In this document: positions 15,021-25,502 of the stretch, piece by piece
How positions within the stretch are numbered: the stretch's first letter is position 1
How the letters are laid out: every line of letters starts with the position of its first letter
Source of the DNA: Dimorphilus gyrociliatus
Taxonomy: Eukaryota > Animalia > Annelida
NCBI GenBank assembly: GCA_904063045.1
Contig: CAJFCJ010000003.1
Location: forward strand, 1,798,001 to 1,862,000
DNA: 64,000 nucleotides
Direction: 5' to 3'
Notes under the pieces: model-generated
Database searches by the model: none
Seen by the model: the letters and a program-made list of their open reading frames with translations, nothing else
Told to the model about the DNA's origin: nothing
Program-made: the position numbers and the translations under genes

Positions 15021-16475
15021 ATGGTGAATTTTACAACTTCAAATTATTCTAATTATAGTGATGAACTAACAACAAAACTTTTTCTTAATAAAACCGAACT
15101 GTCATTAAATCTTCAGCATATTATCCTTTCTTCAATTGCCTGTACATTTTTGATCGCATTAATAATATTTGGAAATGCTTTAGTGATAGTTGCTATTGGA
15201 AAAGATAAAAACTTAAAGAGTTTTCAGAATTGGTTTATCGCCAGTTTGGCTGTAAGTGACATGCTCGTTGGATTTTTAGTTATGCCGCTCTCATTGGTTA
15301 ATCAACTTCTTGGTTATTGGCCTTTTGGCACCGTTATGTGCGATCTATGGTTGGCCACGGATGTTCTTTTTAGCACTGCATCCATCCTCAATCTTGTTTT
15401 GATATCTCTTGACAGATATTGGTCAATAACCAAACCAATGACTTACGTGAGACAGCGAACGAAAAAGCGAGTGTTGGTAATGATAACAGCTGTGTGGGCT
15501 TCATCAATGGTAATTTGTTTTCCACCACTAGCCGGATGGAAAAGGCCACAACGAGTGACAAAATATGGACAAGAATGTTCTTTAACACAAGATATTGGAT
15601 ATATCCTTTATTCAACATTAGGATCATTCTACATACCATTAATTGTAATGATTATTGTATATTTTAAAATATACCTTGCTGCCCGTGCTAGAGCAAGGCG
15701 AGCACTGAAAAAAAAGAAACAACAGCAGCGACAGTCTACACAAATTACAAAAATTGAATTAAAACTAAAAAATGACGAAATGAGACTTCAGGTGCCTCCA
15801 GTTTCAACAGATTTGTCGTCACCTTCGGCCAATGATAGTGAGGCGCGAGAAGTAATAAAAATGGTTTCAAGTAATTATTCTCATGAAAGTAGTAAATTAT
15901 TAGTTTCGGATTCAGATAGTGCTTGTGATTCACCAGGAATAAATAAAATTGTTTCGATAAATCCAAGTCAACATCCTATTTCAGAAGAGAGTGACTTACC
16001 CGTTAAACAAAATTCTAAAACGCTTTTGGAAAAAAACTCTATATGTGTTGATTTAGACGAATTATCAACTGAATCCATTACTAAAAAGAATGAAAAAAAT
16101 GAATCTTCATTGAACAAAATTAAAACTGTATTTAGGAAAAAGAAAGAAAAGAAAAAAATAAATGATGATGAAGTCGTAAGAAATTTTATTGATGATCCTG
16201 AAAAAGCCAAAAAAAAACTAGCCAGAGCAAGAGAGCGCAGAGCCATTGTTGTTTTAGGAATAGTAATGTTCACATTTATTTTTTGCTGGCTTCCTTTTTT
16301 TCTTACTTATCTGATCTCGTCTATTTTTAAGTTAGATGTTCCCAAGCTTCTTTTTGATATTTTTTTTTGGGCCGGTTATACTAACTCTGCTTTGAATCCT
16401 ATTATTTACACAATTTTTAACAAAGACTTTCGAAACGCGTTTAAAAGACTTTTATCTTCACGTAAATATCATTAA
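15021..16475 (+). CDS. Alpha2-adrenergic-like (Oct-alpha2R type) amine GPCR, intronless CDS
   Basis: 484-aa ORF with TM3 Asp (ATDVLFSTASILNL..SLDRY), PPLAGW, YSTLGSFYIP, a long ICL3 ending ARARERRA, CWLPFF and NPIIY. This pattern is typical of protostome alpha2-type receptors. Confidence 0.85.
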   Translation: MVNFTTSNYSNYSDELTTKLFLNKTELSLNLQHIILSSIACTFLIALIIFGNALVIVAIGKDKNLKSFQNWFIASLAVSDMLVGFLVMPLSLVNQLLGYWPFGTVMCDLWLATDVLFSTASILNLVLISLDRYWSITKPMTYVRQRTKKRVLVMITAVWASSMVICFPPLAGWKRPQRVTKYGQECSLTQDIGYILYSTLGSFYIPLIVMIIVYFKIYLAARARARRALKKKKQQQRQSTQITKIELKLKNDEMRLQVPPVSTDLSSPSANDSEAREVIKMVSSNYSHESSKLLVSDSDSACDSPGINKIVSINPSQHPISEESDLPVKQNSKTLLEKNSICVDLDELSTESITKKNEKNESSLNKIKTVFRKKKEKKKINDDEVVRNFIDDPEKAKKKLARARERRAIVVLGIVMFTFIFCWLPFFLTYLISSIFKLDVPKLLFDIFFWAGYTNSALNPIIYTIFNKDFRNAFKRLLSSRKYH

Positions 16476-17542
16476 CTCACTGTCTAGTTACTACTATTGA
16501 AAGCTCCCAACAAAAAAGTGGATATTTAGATGCGAACAAGAACGAAGAAAGACTAAATCAAAGATCGAAAGATAAATGAGAATCCAATAAATTGGCTCGC
16601 TCACTCAGCAATCTATAAAAGTTGCAAGGATTTATGAGCAGTCTAATAGGAACAATCTATACAGCAAATATTTGCAATTATAGAAGCGGCCTGTACTAAA
16701 ATACGCTACTCTATCAGTGGTTAACTTTATCATGTTAAACATTTCTTGAAAACAATAACTGAATGTTTAACTATATTTTCAATATTACTCTTTTTCTTTG
16801 TAAATATAATTTTATTCATTATTTTTCTTTGAACAAAAATTTTTTAATGAAAAAATGTACTGAATCATTTAAACGATGTACTATATTTACGACATTAAAT
16901 ATCAATTGCGAAATATAAGTTGTTTCGAATTATACCAAAGAAATGATCGAAAAATTCTTGATGGTCATCGATTTCTGGGAACGTGTTGTACATATTAATG
17001 AACTATGTTTTTTTCTCCTTTACCTACTCAAACCTTATATAAAAATAAACATCAAAACAGATTTATGTAAAATCATATGAATTCGTTTTTTTTGAAAAAA
17101 TAAGTTTTTTCCTTCCCGAAAGTGTTTATTCTTAGGGGCTTATGATAATGTCAGGTAACATCATATAAGTTGCATTATTGTTTTAAAAATACAACATACC
17201 AAGTTTTGTAACACAAAATGTCCTTCGATTCTTAGAGATTTTATTTTTTTGGAGCAGGTGTTCTGAAACACCCTAGTGTATATTTTGAATGCCAGTAAGA
17301 GAAATAATTTCCGATTGTCAGTGATACAACAATTGAAGAAACCCTTTGAGAACATTTAACAAAAATTTTTAAATTTTGTTTTTTTGCAGGAAGCACTATG
17401 TATATAATAAATAGTATTTAAAAAAACTGGTTCACAATATAAGCGATTTGTTAAAATACTATTGTAATATTGATAGTTAAAATACTTTGACAAAAGTATG
17501 TTTTTAAACATTATATATTTAAATTATAGCTGATAAATCGAC

Positions 17543-17556
17543 TAGCGCCACCTCAC
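17543..17556 (-). promoter_or_regulatory. CTCF-like motif upstream of NLF-1
   Basis: Reverse complement GTGAGGTGGCGCTA, adjacent to an ETS-like ACTTCCG. Confidence 0.45.
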
Positions 17557-18132
17557 TTCCGTTTTGATTAGTTCTGTAGTGTATGAGCACGTTTTACAAA
17601 TTTTTACACTCCAGAAAAGATAGGCTTTAATGCTAATCGATCTTTTCTATCAAATCGACAAAAACTGTTAGCATTATATTTTTTTTTCATTTTACAATCG
17701 ATTTTTCAATGTATTATTTTATTTTTAACAGTTACCCAAAAAATTACTTTTAAGCACTTTACTATAGGTTTTTTTAAATTTTCAAAATGTCTTTGCACTT
17801 TTTTATATACTCCATAAGATTCATTTTCCGAACAGCAATTTTTTATGGATTGAAAAATTTAAGTAATAACACATTTTAATTTTAATGTGAAATATATCAT
17901 TGAAATTTCCAAATTATATTTGTAAAATTTTTTTCCAATTGTCTTCACTACAACGTTTATCTGCGCACCATACCAGAGTACAGCGAGCGTGAAATAAGCA
18001 TAGTCGGAGCGGAAGGGGAAAAGTGGACGACAGGTGTCGCCCTGAGCCTAATTATGGCTGGCGCATGTGTGGAAAATACGTTTAGTAAGGAACGGAAAGC
18101 TTGGAGGGAATGTTCAGGAGGATTACCTTAAA

Positions 18133-20837
18133 ATGCCAGTCGGTCATACCGACATTCTCCTCCTCTTCCTCGTCTTCTTTCACAAACGACGGCGGACTAA
18201 GTTCAACCATAAGACGGTGATCAGTCTTCAGAAATGCAGTAGACAGTCGTCGGCGACTGTAAATTTTGTGCGCAATCTAATCTACACTGCAGCAAGCGTG
18301 TTAGCGTTTTTTTCTTGCTTTGCGCTTACTCACGCTCATTGGATCTATTCCTCTACAAGCAAGATAGAAGATTATCATTGTTCTTCACAAACCCTTCATT
18401 CTGTTTCGGAATTGGAAGTAGCCGATAGGATATGTAGACTATCGACTTCTAGGAGAACAGCGGAATTACGGAATTCTTCTCTTCAATTCTGCGATTATTT
18501 TCCTCTTCAGCAAGTTGTTCAATCTAAATCTTGTAGTAGTCTGGAAGATGTTAGTGAAGAAACTTGCAAAAAATGCGTTAAACATGCAATTAAAGCAGAT
18601 TCAGAATCCCGCTGCTACTTTTCACACTTTCGGCGCGTTTTGGACAGTTTTGATTGTAATGATTCGTTTTCATTATACTGGAATTGTACAGTCTGTCGGG
18701 TAAGGAAGCACTTTTTTTCGCAATTTGTCAAATTTCAGCTTTTCTAATTCAAGATTAAAGTTTATAATTATTACGAACGAATTTTAAATTTATTGCTCTC
18801 ACATTTATTTTGTCAATGTATATTCTATTTAAATTTGGTTTTTTTACATTGATATCGACAAAAGGTTTTTTTTAACAAAAACAAACAATCTGTAGCTTAT
18901 TCCTATGGGATAATATCAATCTGATATTTATGTAGACTTTAGATCCAATTTAAATTCTTTTTCTCGCTTTTCTGTAAACCAACACCTTTTTAATTTATGT
19001 TGTATAGGCGTACTCTGAGCACCTGTTGCTCCGTATTATATTTAGTTCACAAAATGGCCATTAAGATTAAAAATTTTAAGCTTTGGTTGAGACGCTGAAA
19101 TTTCAACCAGCTTATCTCACTTGTCATATTTTTTACTGCCATAACTAGGTCAACGCTTTCGGGTTTTCGGGGCCACAAAGTATTGAATTTGTTTGACAAG
19201 CTAGTCTAATAGTTTATGTACACAAATCACCTTGTGGTGCATGATTTACCCCAAATCTTAGAACGAGCAAGAGAGCAAGATAAATATGAACCTCACGTTC
19301 ACATAGCAGACAGTAGACGGCGCCTTAGTGGCTTTTATTAAGCAAAATAAGTTGTCTCTCAGTTTCCAAGGTAACGGGCTCACAAGAATAATGGTAGGCC
19401 TGTAATTCTCTGTATAAATCGATTTCTCTCCAGTATCCTTTCTCCTTTTTAGAATTTCAACTTCCTTTTTTTTGCGTTACCGTTACTAACAATAATACGT
19501 TTTACTGATAAGAGAAAGTCATGAATCACGCTGACACTTTTGAACGCTACTTGGTTTAGACATCAGCTTCACACATGACAAGCTGATGAGGTCAATTCCC
19601 TATGGGATTCGTCTAACGCCTGTCAATATCATTTAGATCACGCGGCAGTATTTAATTATTAAACAGAGGACCGTATATGCACTTGTTAAGGAAATAATAC
19701 ATCTTTACTCATAAGATTTCTTTACATTCTTTTTACATAAAAAGGTTCAATAATTTTATCATGACTACAAACATTGATTTATTTTACTAGGACGATTTAT
19801 ATCATGACTAAAATCGTGCGCATGTCTGCAACATACAATCCTAGTAAAATAAAAGCATCTTTTTATAATGTTATAATATTTTTAAAGCAAAACTCTTTTT
19901 GCGAGTTCAAATACATATGCCACACAAACACAAAACAAGTGTTTAAAGCGTCTCCTCCTCTTTAGACGAAACACGAAACGACCTTGACAAAAAAATTGAT
20001 TTTGTGAGCAAATTTTATACTGCTGTAGACTTTTGCTAGTTTTTTTCCCGAGGATATTGAGAAATTTTTGACTTTTATAACAAAAATAATGTTAATTAAT
20101 TAATATTAATAAAAACAAAAATCTTAAAAAACAATATATATTGAAAAATCTTTTTTTTTTAAGTCACTTTGCTAAACCGAGTTACATGAATAATCTGTAG
20201 ATTTTGCACAAAGAAAGCAGAATTTCATCGATTAACAGTAAAACATGGAATGATTTTATTTGCCTATAAAAATAGGGTAAATGTTAATATCTATTTTTTC
20301 AAAAATAGCCCTCCAGCTAAGAGCTCTTAGCCACCAGGCTAACCATTAATTGTTCATCCGTTTCATTTGTAATATTTAGTCTTTTTCTTAACCCTAACAG
20401 GAAGCCTACAAGCAATGGCTGTGTGCTCAATCATTTACCATCTACGAGAAAGAGAAAAAACTTCCACCTTGCAAGGATTATTGCAGAAATGTCGAAAATA
20501 AATGTCCCTATTTACTGCCTCAAATGGATTCACAATATGCAGGGGAGCCGACTTTCTTATGCACAGGTATGAAACAGCAGACTACGAATTAGAAATTTAT
20601 AAAGATTTTGACTTTTTTTGAGTAGATACTAGAACAAGCGCGTTGCGTGACAAGCTAAAAGACAAAGAGGCATGCCACTTTCTCAATCACTCAGTTTACC
20701 GAATCAGACGTATAAAGATTGGATCTGTTAATTCATCGTCGCCTTCAGTAAACCTGCAAATACCCTTGTGCTTGCTTCTCTTCAACTTCTTTATATCTGC
20801 TGATGGTGCGTGGCGGTTGATTATAGGGTTAACTTAG
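18133..20837 (+). CDS. NALF: NALCN auxiliary factor NLF-1/FAM155 (NALF) homolog, 3 exons (18133-18699, 20401-20566, 20626-20837)
   Basis: Cys-rich domain spliced across exons: ..FDC..FSLYWNCTVCR|EAYKQWLC..PPCKDYCRNVENKCPYLLP..QYAGEPTFLCT|D, followed by a hydrophobic C-terminal segment. GT-AG sites are phase-compatible. The N-terminus has a basic KRRR patch. Confidence 0.88.
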
Positions 20838-22452
20838 TGCCTTCGCCCTAGCAGAGAGCTGCATTGCGCGTTATCCTATCTACAACAGTGTCAGCCTAAA
20901 AGTATCTATTTATATGAATCAATTTCGGTTAGATTAAAGGGTGTATGTCTGCCTCTCGTCTTGTGCAAGTACTGTGTTTCAGGGAATATAGACGCACGTA
21001 GATTTTCGTCAAACAAAATACGTCTTTCGGTGAGAATATTTCGCTGAGCTTCTTTCGCCTCATTTTACATTGACATAAAACGACATCTAGCGATTAGATC
21101 CGGTTTCCAAGGCAACAACAGACTGACGTCGAAAGTTGTGATTGCCAGACAAATTATCTGTCTCGTGTAGCTGAATCCAGATAATGGTGCTGAATATAAG
21201 GCGGTTGGAAAGCAAAATTTTTACTTTTACCTCTGCCGAAGGGAATTCGGAATAATGAACGAATATCTAAAATCTGTTCACTCTTTATCTTAGTTTCTAC
21301 TTGATTTTATTCTCTTATATCCCCCTTCCCCTTTCGCCACCACTTTGCCGTCCTATTACAGGTTTCTCTAGCATATGCGTGCTGAATTATTTATTCTCTT
21401 TCTGCATTATTTTCGCCTGTAAGTTATTAATATTCCTTGCGCACATATACCATATATATATTCTTAAGAATATTTAAAGATCTGTGTATTTATTTGCATT
21501 TATATATACTATAGACTTGTGCCATGTTTTCTTTCAATTCCTTCTTCAATTCATTCATATTTCTTAATGTAAATTCCTTTGTAGCCATTGGGCAGTGGAC
21601 AAAATGCTGAAAGATGCTTACTCATACATAATACATGCATGTGTACCAAAAACTTACTACATAAAACCTATGGACTATTCTTTAAAAAATATATTTCGAA
21701 TTTAATGAATTATAGGTCTGGTTTTTATAAGATAGAAGTGTTTTTTCTGGCGTGATATAAATCTGAGTTTTGCACCCAAAGAGTCTATGTATATTGATTT
21801 ATGCATAAAATAATTGTATATAGATTTCTTAAATATATGAAAAATCTGTGTGGTTCCTACGTTGGTTTTTGTTGAGAGAAAATATTAATGATTCGCAGAA
21901 TTTTCAGCGCTGAAAGATGGAACTATCTTTTTTATCAATAACTTTTAAAATTTCTCCCTTTTGCCCACTGTCCAAGTTTTTCACCTCGGGAATAGTTATG
22001 AAATATGTTTAGAAGGTAATTACAGTTCTGTTATTATGTCATCTAAATTTATTTATTATCGAGACGTCATCGATTGTAATATTTTATTTATTGCCGGAAA
22101 TCTATTTCACATTTTCTGCTGTTTTCTGTTTATGTTCCCATATTATGTAGTCTTTGAGGGTCATATCCCTTATTACAGATAAATAGCATGATATCTCATC
22201 TGTATGTTAGCAGTTTAATATTTAAGTGTCATTTGTAAATTTAATGCTTTGTATTTTTGAACAAAATGAGTAAATAAATGCCTGATTCATGACTAAAATT
22301 TAACCGAAAGTAATTGTTAGTATAATTTTGTTAAACATCAAATACTAACAAAAGCATATGGAATTTTACAATAAATAAATTATTTCTCAAACAGTTTCAA
22401 CTATACAATAGACTAGACTGATATTTTATAACTTTTCGGAACAGGCAACAAA

Positions 22453-24788
22453 TTAAGTATTTAAATTTCGATCTAAAGCAACATAACGCCATCGTTTTTC
22501 AATATTTGCTCCTATTCCATGCATTTGCGAATTAAATATATTAGGGAAACGTTCCAATAGTTTTTCGAGTTCACTTGTTCTAAACGCTAAATCAAATTTC
22601 TGTTAAACAAGAAAAATAAAATTCAGTTTTAATTTTACATTATCAGCAACCTGCAAGTACGACCAAATATAGTCTAAACTGGCTCCGAAAGGGTGAACAT
22701 GCAGAAAGGTTGAAATATAACCTGGAATATAATAAATATAGCTAGGGAACAAATAAATGGATAAAACTACAAAGTAATTTTGCTTCCGTTTCATTCAAGC
22801 CAATTTCATTTTGGGAAGATGAAACGACATTCTTCTCGTCAAGATAACACTTCCTTCCATCGTCTTTGGCATCAAGAAATTCCTAAATAATAAAAACAAT
22901 AATAAGTGAATAGTTAACTCATCCAAATATACTTTTTGCATTCCCTGAAGAGGGTGCTCCAGTTGCTCGATCTTTTTCCCTGAATTTTGCTTCTTAGCTT
23001 CTTGTCTGAGCAAATAGACTTCATTCTTGCAAGCCTCAACTCGACACTTAAGACAGTTATTCTCCTCTTTTAAATTTCTTATTTCAGATTCTAATTCTTG
23101 TTTGCAGTCTAAGGCTTGAGTTTCATCTGTTTTCTTCTTTTTTATACAAGGTTCGTCTTCACTATCAGACATTTCCATTTCTAATTCTTCTCGGTTACTT
23201 AAGAATTCTTTTTCTTGTTGCTCTTTGGTATCCTACAAATTAGTTTATATTTTTCATTGATGGACAAAAATAAGCGGATCTTAGTGTTGAAAACTAATAC
23301 ATTAGATTCTAAATTATCTACTAAATAACATACTTGTGCTTGTTTTCGCCAAACATCAATATTTTTTCTTTGAGCTTTGGAGAAATGGTCCCAGGCTTTT
23401 TGTTGAGTGGCAGCCATAAATACACGATCAATTTGTTCAACTGAATGTATGAAGATAAGTTAAGGCATTACTTAGTTTTTGTCAAATAACAATTTTTTTA
23501 TGTTTTAAGAAACATTTCAGATTTTTTAAAAGAAGAGAGCTTACACTGTTTTAAAATGTTTTCTAAACGTTGACGAAATCTAAATTTCACATTCTCTAAT
23601 TCTTCATCATAAGTAGTTTTCTCATTTATTAGCCTTCGCACATGTGCGTGTATAGTTTGAACAAAGCCGTAAAATTGGTTTGCAGTTTTACGAGTACATT
23701 CACTTCTCTCTAACCAAGCGACGACTACTTGAACACCTTCCATAAAAGTTTCATCACCTGTTGCAGTAAGCTATAATTAATTAAATTAGATTGAAATGTA
23801 TCTCAGACTAGCATTTCAATTTTTCTAATAGTAGTACGGCTTCATGGTCAGAATATCTATTTATGGGAGGTGGAGAGGATCCTCGCAGCTTCTCTTCTTC
23901 AAGTCTATAAAAATGAGAAGCATTAGAGAAATATAAAAATGTATATAAATAATATATAATGTATATAAATATGTATATAAACTTGTTTCGATGACGCTGT
24001 TCTCTTGCCATTGCTCGTTGCTTACATTCCCATTCGTACATGTCATCTTTTGCTTGAGCATAATCTATGTGCAATCGTCCAGTATATTCTTTATCATCTT
24101 TATTATCTAATTTGATTCTATAGCCTGTTATACACATGGCATGGTCAACACTTTCTTCAGAGAAAAATCTAACGTGGCAGAAATGCTTCTTTCCCATTCG
24201 AATATTTAATATATCGCCAAATCGTTCAAACACCTCTCGTAAGTGGGTCTCTGTTGTGTTTTCTGGTAAGCCTCCAACATAAATGGTTTTGCATCCCGGT
24301 GGCCTAGCTCTCAAAACTTGAGGAAATGTGTCTACAGATGTAATTACATACTTTTAGGAGGGAAAAAGATAAAGTAAGACAAACATTTATTTGGATATAA
24401 CACACAGGTTGAAAGTGTTATGATGCCTTTTTTGTAATTTTCCGAGTTGAAATGGGTCATGACTGTTTGGTTGTTGACGGGAACATTGCTAAACTTTAAA
24501 AAAATATTTCTTTCAATTATTTGAGAATTTTTTATTATACTTGTGGATAGCTCATAAGCAGCAAAGGGTCATTTACTGTTGATCCTAGTATAGGTCTATA
24601 GCCCATTTGAAGATTTGGAGACACTGTCACATTATAGGTAGGCATAGACACTGTATTTGCATCTGCTAAAATAATATTTAGTAAATATATTGTAAAAGAT
24701 TCCATAAATTTAAACCTGCAGAATCAGTTGGTAGCGATGTAACAGAAGTTTGTCTTGTATGTGCATAATTAGAATTAAAACTTGCCAT
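22453..24788 (-). CDS. ENOX: Ecto-NOX disulfide-thiol exchanger (ENOX1/2 homolog, RRM plus coiled coil), multi-exon
   Basis: RARPPGCKTIYVGGLPEN RRM, KAWDHFSKAQRKNI, ISTFLHVHPFGASLDYIWSYL and GIGANIEKRW are all ENOX signatures. Exons join in frame from the ATG at 24788; one intron needs a GC donor. Confidence 0.92.
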
Positions 24789-25370
24789 ACGACAGGTCTA
24801 TTCTGATCAATTCTATCATTGGTTATTATAAAATGCAAAAGTAGTTTTTATCACACCAGGCTTGTTCAGTTTATTATATTCGAACAGTTCGAAAAAACTT
24901 GCTTTCCCCACAGAAGATTTTCTCGCATCAGATAAAATTGTTTAACAGGAAACGGAAATGAAGAAATTTTCCTGTTACTGAAAAAATGAAAATTTTGAAT
25001 ATAAAGCATAGCAGGATTGAAATATGTACATATGCTTTAAGTCTAATTTTATGATTTAACAACTTTTTAAATTGCTCGATGTATGCTAATATGCATAAAA
25101 TTCTATTTACGAATATTTATATCGTCTAATCAGATATTGGAATTTGCAGCCAGCCTTATAATACTAAAAGCAAATTTTATACTTGTTTTCTTGTTCACAA
25201 CAAATAAGGAAATTTACTTTAAAAAGTGATAAATCACATTAAATGAATAAAGCATTAATACTTTTAAATATTGTCAAATCCATATTTTAATAATTTTACC
25301 ATTGAGCATCAACTCCATAGAACTTATTTTCTTTCTCCTATTAGTACATATTTTAGTAACACCTGAACAT

Positions 25371-25387
25371 TGCGCATGCGCCATTTT
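25371..25387. promoter_or_regulatory. NRF1/Ewg-type palindrome overlapping a YY1-type motif in the ENOX/TPP2 divergent promoter
   Basis: TGCGCATGCGCCATTTT contains TGCGCATGCGC (NRF1 consensus) and CGCCATTTT (YY1-like), about 120 nt upstream of the TPP2 ATG in otherwise very AT-rich DNA. Confidence 0.55.
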
Positions 25388-25502
25388 GACAGAAAATATA
25401 ACATAATAGAATTAAGACGGTTCTAGTCTGAGCTTGCCTTTTCTGTTAAATCAAAATAAAATTTCATTTTATGCAATTATTGCAGGCTGTTACTACAGAG
25501 TA

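Noticed and set aside
19018-19074. Possible alternative NLF-1 exon starting AY.. after TGTATAG
   Set aside because: It reaches a stop within 19 codons and lacks the conserved WLC/Cys pattern.
19561-19588. Perfect 9-bp inverted repeat CATCAGCTT..AAGCTGATG in NLF-1 intron 1
   Set aside because: Short and isolated, with no associated alternative exon; plausible by chance.
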